Assembly (NCBI GenBank): GCA_045538605.1
Contig: JAZSRR010000065.1
Location: forward strand, 6,692-70,691
DNA length: 64,000 nt
Direction: 5' to 3'
Source of the DNA: Faecousia sp.
GTDB taxonomy: Bacteria; Bacillota; Clostridia; Oscillospirales; Oscillospiraceae
Under the pieces are notes generated by a model, which was not told the DNA's origin, searched no databases, and saw nothing but the letters and a program-made list of their open reading frames with translations. Positions 57,095 through 64,000 of this stretch are shown here, one piece after another. The stretch's first letter is position 1. Each line of letters starts with the position of its first letter. Position numbers and translations under genes: made by a program.

Positions 57095-57838
57095 TCAAAT
57101 CAGTAGTGTTTTATAAAAATCCAGCGAAGAAAAGCCGCGTTCCAGCTGTGCACACAAATAGCTCTCTGTCAAATTCGCTAATAACGCAAGGGTTTCTTCC
57201 CCTATTTGGAATGAAAACAGTTGCTTACTGCCGCAAGAACAAATATAGCGCATTGTCATCAAAACACCTGCATTAATCGGCATACGGATACTGGAATTTG
57301 ACGAATTCCGACAGGCAAGACACTCTAATTGCCCCTCTGAAATATCAAAGTAATCGGGAATTGCGCAATTACAAAACCGACATCCCTTCAAATCCGGCGC
57401 GTAACCGGCAACGCAGGCGCAACGCAGTTCAAAAACCGCCTTGATCATCTGCTCCGGGATGTCCAATTTGGATAAGGCGTACAAACAGTTTAAGGTCAGA
57501 GCCAGAAGCTCCGGGTTGGGCATATCCTCTTGGCTGAGAATCTCCGAAACCTGCGCAAAATATGTACCCAACGCCAACTTTTGGATATCCTTCTGGAGCT
57601 GTGAAAACAACTCCAGGCAGGTCGCTTCATTGATGGTGTACATTCCGCGGTACTCAAAAACTGTGAATTCATCATAAGCAAGAATCTGACAAGGTGCAGC
57701 AAGAGGGCTGTTCTTTCTGCGCAACCCCCTCGCTTTTAATGTTATCTTGCCCATTGATTGCGTTAACACTGTCAAAAGCGCATCTGTTTCCTTATAGTTA
57801 GTTACCCGAAGCACCAATCCCCGGATTGTCAGGTGCAT
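57095..57838 (-). CDS. recO: DNA repair protein RecO
   Basis: GLVLR...Y.E.D....LT...GK, GY.P....C..C; downstream of era. Confidence 0.9.
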   Translation of the reverse strand: MHLTIRGLVLRVTNYKETDALLTVLTQSMGKITLKARGLRRKNSPLAAPCQILAYDEFTVFEYRGMYTINEATCLELFSQLQKDIQKLALGTYFAQVSEILSQEDMPNPELLALTLNCLYALSKLDIPEQMIKAVFELRCACVAGYAPDLKGCRFCNCAIPDYFDISEGQLECLACRNSSNSSIRMPINAGVLMTMRYICSCGSKQLFSFQIGEETLALLANLTESYLCAQLERGFSSLDFYKTLLI

Positions 57839-57932
57839 AACCTTCCTCCATCCTACGTGCGTGGTTAAAAAGCAGATACATCTCCGGTGCGCCGGTCTCC
57901 AGAAAAACCTGCCAGAAATTATGTGCAGTCAT
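57798..57932 (-). CDS. YqzL-like small protein (44 aa, not in the ORF track)
   Basis: GGAGG RBS; MTAHNFWQVFLETGAPEMYLLF...; between era and recO as in Bacillus. Confidence 0.75.
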   Translation of the reverse strand: MTAHNFWQVFLETGAPEMYLLFNHARRMEEGYAPDNPGIGASGN

Positions 57933-57987
57933 ACACATCCCTCCCGATACTAGGGTTTGCAGGAATATGTTTTGCTACACCTGGTAA

Positions 57988-58875
57988 TTATTCTCTGTAG
58001 CCAAAATTACGCACAAGAAAATCGTTATCACGCCAGCTTTCTTTGTACTTAACCCAGGTTGTTAGAAAAACCTTGGTACCCATAAATTTTTCACAATCGG
58101 TCCGAGCAATGGAAGAGATTTTTTTCAACATTTCTCCGCCTTTTCCGATGATAATACCCTTATGGCTTGCTTTCTCACAATAAATCGTGGCATCAATATC
58201 GATGATACCGTTATCGCGTTCCGAGAACTTTGTAATTTCCACAGCTGTTCCGTGGGGAATCTCCCGATCCAGACACCACAATAACTTCTCACGGATAATC
58301 TCTGCCATCACTTGCCGTTCCGGCTGGTCAGTTGTTAAATCCTCCGGGAACAAAAACGGTCCATCCACAGCATATTTCTGACATTGCTGTATCAGCGCAT
58401 CAACGCCGTCGCCAGTTTTTGCAGAAATCGGAATAATTGCATCAAAGGGCGCTGCTTGTGAATATACGGAAATTACCTCAAGAAGCGCATCTTTATCTAC
58501 GGTATCAATCTTATTGATAGCCAATACAGCCGGACATTTACTGGCTGTAAGCTGTTCGATAAGGCCCTGTTCCTGGGCACCGATCGAGGCAATAGGCTCC
58601 ACAACCAATATGGTTAAATCCACATCAGAGATCGAGTTGCGGGTTACATTCACCATATAATCTCCCAGCTTGGTTCTGGGCTTGTGGAATCCTGGCGTAT
58701 CGATGAACACGAATTGGGTGTCATCTTTTGTAACAATGCCGCAAATCCGGTTACGGGTTGTCTGCGGCTTATTGGATACGATCGCAATTTTTTCGCCCAC
58801 AAGGTAATTGGTAAGTGTAGACTTTCCTACATTGGGGCGGCCTGCGATGGTAATCATAGCAGTTTTTGTAGACAT
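57988..58875 (-). CDS. era: GTPase Era
   Basis: GRPNVGKST, KPQTTR, DTPG, NKID, KH domain GIIIGKGG. Confidence 0.97.
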   Translation of the reverse strand: MSTKTAMITIAGRPNVGKSTLTNYLVGEKIAIVSNKPQTTRNRICGIVTKDDTQFVFIDTPGFHKPRTKLGDYMVNVTRNSISDVDLTILVVEPIASIGAQEQGLIEQLTASKCPAVLAINKIDTVDKDALLEVISVYSQAAPFDAIIPISAKTGDGVDALIQQCQKYAVDGPFLFPEDLTTDQPERQVMAEIIREKLLWCLDREIPHGTAVEITKFSERDNGIIDIDATIYCEKASHKGIIIGKGGEMLKKISSIARTDCEKFMGTKVFLTTWVKYKESWRDNDFLVRNFGYRE

Positions 58876-58899
58876 TTTGTTCTCCTTTGTAACAACAGC

Positions 58900-59400
58900 T
58901 TATCGGGACATACCAACAATTGCAGAGGCAATCTCTTCCTCACGGCCACGCATTTGCGCTTTTTGCGGACCTTCGTCCAAGTGGTCATAGCCTAATAAAT
59001 GCAAAACAGAATGTATCGTCAGATAGCCGACTTCTCTGCGCAGTGTATGTCCAAATTCCTTCGCCTGCGCAGCTGCCCGTTCCAGGGATATTGCTATATC
59101 CCCTAAAGGACATCCTCCGGTTTCCGGATCCAGGTATGCTGACCAATCGGTGGGCAGCGTACCGGCGTCAAAGGCAAACATTGGAAAACTTAATACATCC
59201 GTTGCTTTGTCGATATCCCGACTTGCCTGATTGATCGCTTGAATGCCTGGGTCATCTGTAACCAGCACGTTAATCTCACACGGAACCGTTACACCTTCCA
59301 ACGTCAGCGTCTTTTGAATGCACTGACGGATTACGGATTCGGTAGTAAACCTGCGCATTGTAAAACAAGAAAAGCTAATATTGATCTTTGTTTTTACCAT
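58900..59400 (-). CDS. ybeY: rRNA maturation RNase YbeY
   Basis: TDVLSFP, LGDI.IS, HSVLHLLGYDH. Confidence 0.95.
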   Translation of the reverse strand: MVKTKINISFSCFTMRRFTTESVIRQCIQKTLTLEGVTVPCEINVLVTDDPGIQAINQASRDIDKATDVLSFPMFAFDAGTLPTDWSAYLDPETGGCPLGDIAISLERAAAQAKEFGHTLRREVGYLTIHSVLHLLGYDHLDEGPQKAQMRGREEEIASAIVGMSR

Positions 59401-59401
59401 A

Positions 59402-60418
59402 TTATTTCTTCCTTTGATAACGGCGAACAGTTTTCTTTTCCGGATCGTTCGCAGTATTCTTTTTGTCCGCCTTTTCATAGGCGTTGATAATGTCTTGAAC
59501 AAGCGCATGGCGTACTACGTCAGCAGAAGTCAATCTGCAAATCGCGATATCTTTAACCCCATCCAAAACGCGAATGGCATCCTTCAAACCGGATACCTTG
59601 TCGCCGGGCAGGTCAATTTGTGTTGTATCGCCGGTTATAACGATTTTTGAACCAAAACCCAAACGGGTTAAGAACATTTTCATCTGCTCCCGGGTGGTAT
59701 TTTGAGCTTCATCCAAAATAATAAAGCTGTCATCCAGCGTTCTGCCGCGCATATACGCAAGCGGCGCTACCTCAATGGACCCCCGCTCCTGATATTTTTG
59801 AAAAGTTTCTGCACCTAGCATATCATATAGTGCATCGTAAAGCGGACGCAAATACGGATCAACCTTATTTTGTAGATCGCCCGGTAAAAAGCCGAGGCGT
59901 TCCCCTGCTTCCACAGCAGGTCTTGTTAAAATAATCCGGTTTACTGTCCTCTCTCGAAAAGCAGCAACCGCCGCTGCAACTGCAAGGTAGGTTTTGCCGG
60001 TACCGGCAGGACCTACACCCAAGGTTATGGTGTTATTCATGATCGCCTTCATATATTGCTGCTGACCGACCGTTTTTGCCTTAATCGGCTTACCCTTTGC
60101 GGTAATGCAAACAACATCCTTGGCGATTTGCGAAACCTGCGCATCCTTTCCCTCTTTAACAAGGGTAATTAGATACCGAACTCGCTGCTCATCAATTGTC
60201 TCACCCTTTGCTGCCAGGGATAACAGACCTTCCAGTGCTCTGACCCCTTGTGCCGCACTTTCTGTTTCGCCGGACACCTTCAGTTCGTTGCCCCGATTAA
60301 TAATACTGACACCAAACGCTTCTTCGATGCGTTTTATGTTTTCATCAAAGGAGCCAAACACAGATATCAGGTCCTCTACCCTATCTACACTGACAAGCAT
60401 TTCAATTTCCTTCTCCAC
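59402..60418 (-). CDS. phoH: PhoH family ATPase
   Basis: GPAGTGKT, RPAVEAGE.LGFLPG, YMRGRT, DEAQN. Confidence 0.93.
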   Translation of the reverse strand: MEKEIEMLVSVDRVEDLISVFGSFDENIKRIEEAFGVSIINRGNELKVSGETESAAQGVRALEGLLSLAAKGETIDEQRVRYLITLVKEGKDAQVSQIAKDVVCITAKGKPIKAKTVGQQQYMKAIMNNTITLGVGPAGTGKTYLAVAAAVAAFRERTVNRIILTRPAVEAGERLGFLPGDLQNKVDPYLRPLYDALYDMLGAETFQKYQERGSIEVAPLAYMRGRTLDDSFIILDEAQNTTREQMKMFLTRLGFGSKIVITGDTTQIDLPGDKVSGLKDAIRVLDGVKDIAICRLTSADVVRHALVQDIINAYEKADKKNTANDPEKKTVRRYQRKK

Positions 60419-61592
60419 TTTTTACTATCTCCTCGTATCGTATCTGCCCGATCATTTCCAGGCAAGCATATTTGCCGGATAATGAAGCAGTTTTGTCATC
60501 TGATTGAATACAGATCTCCGATTCTAAAACTTTACCGGCTATCATGTCCGCATTCACATAATCCACCGCAGCCTTAGAAAGCCAGGAAATATCCTTTTCG
60601 TCCCGGATTCTGGTTTCCGTTGCATAATCCAGATACTGTTGTCGAATGAAGACCACAGGCAACTGAAATCCACCGGGCAGCCGCAGAGGTGTTTCCTTTG
60701 TTATTTTAACACATCCGGTATCCGAAATTCCACTATCTTTCCATAAATTTATAATATTTTTTCCAATTTTTAATGTATAGGTAGTTCTTGAGCCTTGCAG
60801 AACACCCCGAGCATTGTATTTTGTTGGGGTAATTGCCTGCAAATTGCGATTAGTATAGGCCGACACTTCTGCCTCGGAAGGTGTAGCCAATATAGCGAGA
60901 CCGCAATCGGTATATCCGGATACCAGAACCTGATTCTTTTTTACCGCTTGCCCAACCTTGCAAAGGGGTGTCCCTTTTAGAACCGTTATCTCCTGGATAA
61001 CACCGTCTTGCTTGGCAATGATGTTGCTTGGACGCGTATTTACGGGAGCACGCTCTGACTCACTGCTTTCCTGTACAGATATAACCGCAACACACCCTTT
61101 TGTATTAATGCCTGCCCATTGCAGCTGCGGCATTGCAGAGAGTAGCGCATTCTTCATTTTTTCACTGCGCACCGCACGCCGGGATGCGCCAAATTTTATA
61201 CCGCATTTTTCTGCTTGCTCCATAATTTGAGCTGTCGGAACATTTTGATTTCCGGAGATTTCCACAAACAGAACTTTCGTTGGTAAATACAAAGAAAGCA
61301 AAAGCAGAAAAGCAAGTCCTAAAAGAAGAACCGGCCTTCTTTGTAATCTTATTAACGACCAATATATTCCCTTCCTATTTCGTACCTGAAAGGAGTCGCC
61401 TTTTTTCTCTAAGTAATCCTTAAGTCTTAAAATTTGATGTTGAAATATGTACGCCCGAACAGAAAGTTCATTAACATATACAACGTCCATAAGTATAATT
61501 CCCAGATCATTGATCTCAGATAATGCTCTTGCAGGATCAGCGGCGGTGATTTCAACATTGTATATACCGTTAATTGATTTCCATATCCCCAT
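60402..61592 (-). CDS. yqfD: Sporulation protein YqfD
   Basis: I.GN, W.GI..KG, IIA..DGVI, V..GQ.LVSG; yqfC-yqfD-phoH order. Confidence 0.85.
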   Translation of the reverse strand: MGIWKSINGIYNVEITAADPARALSEINDLGIILMDVVYVNELSVRAYIFQHQILRLKDYLEKKGDSFQVRNRKGIYWSLIRLQRRPVLLLGLAFLLLLSLYLPTKVLFVEISGNQNVPTAQIMEQAEKCGIKFGASRRAVRSEKMKNALLSAMPQLQWAGINTKGCVAVISVQESSESERAPVNTRPSNIIAKQDGVIQEITVLKGTPLCKVGQAVKKNQVLVSGYTDCGLAILATPSEAEVSAYTNRNLQAITPTKYNARGVLQGSRTTYTLKIGKNIINLWKDSGISDTGCVKITKETPLRLPGGFQLPVVFIRQQYLDYATETRIRDEKDISWLSKAAVDYVNADMIAGKVLESEICIQSDDKTASLSGKYACLEMIGQIRYEEIVKSGEGN

Positions 61593-61880
61593 TTATTGCC
61601 TCCTGCAAAGTGTAACCGAATCAATTATACCGGTTATTGTCAGCTGCTGTCTTGTCATTCTGGCAAGCGTAAGACTGTTTCCGCTCACCCGAACTGTTCC
61701 ATAGCTGACTTTGATGCAAATCATCGTACCGGAATATCCGGTAACCCCTTTATGATTCTCGATTATGACCCGGTTTTCCCCAGCTATTTCAATCAGCGGG
61801 ACTCCAGGTACTGCCTCACCTGGCAAATCCGCACCCATAACAACCCGTTCTAAAATCTTGTTTGTATTCAAAGAGAGCAC
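61593..61880 (-). CDS. yqfC: YabP/YqfC family sporulation protein
   Basis: P.IEI.G...V.IENHKG...Y, G..L.L...L.ITG.I. Confidence 0.85.
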   Translation of the reverse strand: MLSLNTNKILERVVMGADLPGEAVPGVPLIEIAGENRVIIENHKGVTGYSGTMICIKVSYGTVRVSGNSLTLARMTRQQLTITGIIDSVTLCRRQ

Positions 61881-61955
61881 CTCCTTTTGTTAATTGTATG
61901 AAATTTAAGGGATGTACTTTCCTGATAACGCATAGATAATTATGAGGTGAAGCAA

Positions 61956-62987
61956 ATGAAAAAACGAAAAAATTATTGGTCCGTGTTTTGGGGTGTGCTT
62001 GGTCTGTCGCTTTTAATATTGGATTCAAATACCGCAATTGCCGGCGGAAAGGAAGGTGTGCTCTTATGTGTTCGTACCGTCATTCCCGCTTTGTTTCCTT
62101 TTTTTATAATATCCGGTTTCCTATGTGCAAGCATAACCGGCTTAAGCCTCGGCATTTTGAAACCAATCGGAAGGTTATTAGGCATTCCTGTTGGCAGTGA
62201 ACCGCTTCTGTTGCTTGGTTTCTTGGGTGGTTATCCTATTGGCGCGCAAAACATTTATGATGCATACAACATAAAAGCGCTTTCGGCCAAAGACGCCAAG
62301 AGAATGTTGGGTTTTTGCAATAATGCAGGTCCTGCCTTCCTGTTTGGTATGGTTGGCAGTATGTTTTCAAGAGCATATATAACCTGGCTCTTATGGATCA
62401 TTCATATTTTATCTGCGCTGCTTACCGGCACACTGCTGCCGGGAAAATCAAAGGAAACCTGTTGTTTACCTAAGAACGACGCCAATAACCGTTTTCCTTG
62501 GTATATGCAAAAGAGCATTATGTCTATGGCAAGTGTTTGCGGCTGGGTGGTTCTGTTCCGGGTGTTAACCGCATTCGGACAGCGTTGGTTTTTCTGGCTG
62601 CTGCCAGCTGAGTTACAAGTTCTGATCACTGGGCTATTCGAGTTGACGAACGGAATTCTAATGTTGCGCATGTTACCTTCAGAGGCGTCGCGATTTGTAT
62701 TTTGTTCCGGTTTGCTGGCTTTTGGTGGTTTATGTGTTTCTATGCAGACAATCTCTGCTACAAAGGAATTGGGAAGCGGATATTATTTCCCGGGAAAAAT
62801 GCTGCAAGCCTGCTTTAGTGTTTTGATTGCCGGGATAGTACAATACTTCCTGTTCTCTTCTTACCAATTTAACTCCGCAATAATGATTAGCTCCGGTATA
62901 ATCTGCCTTGGATTACTATTTTTCTTGTATCGGAACAAAAAAATAGTAGAAAAATCCAATATCATTATGTATAATGGGGTCATATAA
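61956..62987 (+). CDS. ylbJ: Sporulation membrane protein YlbJ-like
   Basis: VIPALFPF, GGYPIGA, NNAGPAF, G.FELTNG, FGGLCV..Q. Confidence 0.82.
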   Translation: MKKRKNYWSVFWGVLGLSLLILDSNTAIAGGKEGVLLCVRTVIPALFPFFIISGFLCASITGLSLGILKPIGRLLGIPVGSEPLLLLGFLGGYPIGAQNIYDAYNIKALSAKDAKRMLGFCNNAGPAFLFGMVGSMFSRAYITWLLWIIHILSALLTGTLLPGKSKETCCLPKNDANNRFPWYMQKSIMSMASVCGWVVLFRVLTAFGQRWFFWLLPAELQVLITGLFELTNGILMLRMLPSEASRFVFCSGLLAFGGLCVSMQTISATKELGSGYYFPGKMLQACFSVLIAGIVQYFLFSSYQFNSAIMISSGIICLGLLFFLYRNKKIVEKSNIIMYNGVI

Positions 62988-63009
62988 AAGTTTCAGAGAG
63001 GTATTTATT

Positions 63010-63219
63010 ATGCTCTTTCGTAAAAAAATGCCCCGATCCTGTACATATTGCAAATTTGGAACGATGCTGAATGAGGAAGAAGTACTTTGCGTAAAACGCG
63101 GTGTTGTCAGCGTAAACCGAATTTGCAAAAAGTTTTCTTATGACCCCTATAAGCGAATTCCTGCTAAAGTAAAGGCGCTGGATTTTGATAAATATTCCAA
63201 TGAGGATTTCTCATTGTAA
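63010..63219 (+). CDS. Small Cys-rich hypothetical protein
   Basis: C.YC...C..RG.V....C.KF.YDP.KR.P; GAGG RBS, TATAAT upstream. Confidence 0.7.
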   Translation: MLFRKKMPRSCTYCKFGTMLNEEEVLCVKRGVVSVNRICKKFSYDPYKRIPAKVKALDFDKYSNEDFSL

Positions 63220-63249
63220 AAGGCGGAAAGGTTTAACCTTTCCGCCTTT

Positions 63250-64000
<751 letters not shown>

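Overview
This window is chromosomal DNA from a spore-forming clostridial Firmicute, probably Oscillospiraceae/Ruminococcaceae judging by gene content. It is mostly housekeeping and sporulation genes: glnA, rplS-lepB-rbgA-rnhB, tig-clpP-clpX-lon-engB, ftsK/spoIIIE, spoIIIAA-AH, nusB-xseAB-ispA, cwlD, radA, two Xer-type recombinases, pfkA, pgm, coaD, uvrC, mutS2, recO, era, ybeY, phoH, yqfCD, ylbJ and partial ligA, plus two tRNA-Pro genes. The standout feature is a 6091-bp AT-rich element (34820-40912) inserted at a GG dinucleotide inside the spore-coat manganese-catalase gene cotJC. Precise excision at the duplicated GG would restore an in-frame 198-aa CotJC (..LLTDI-G-TEELGH..), and the joined element ends form an imperfect inverted repeat typical of a serine-recombinase attP. 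The element is not prophage-like. It encodes a large serine recombinase, an HUH+SF3-helicase (pCRESS-type) rolling-circle Rep, a MobV-type relaxase, a SHOCT-domain protein and small ORFs. It also has two divergent, highly structured leader RNAs with terminator/antiterminator alternatives. It looks like a skin-like, sporulation-gene-intervening element built from a mobilizable rolling-circle plasmid. Also notable are a CotJA-CotJB fusion, a nonsense-interrupted aph(3') gene lying antisense between a xer gene and its apparent promoter, and degenerate ThrC- and UppP-like paralogs. All calls come from reading the sequence by eye; no searches were run.
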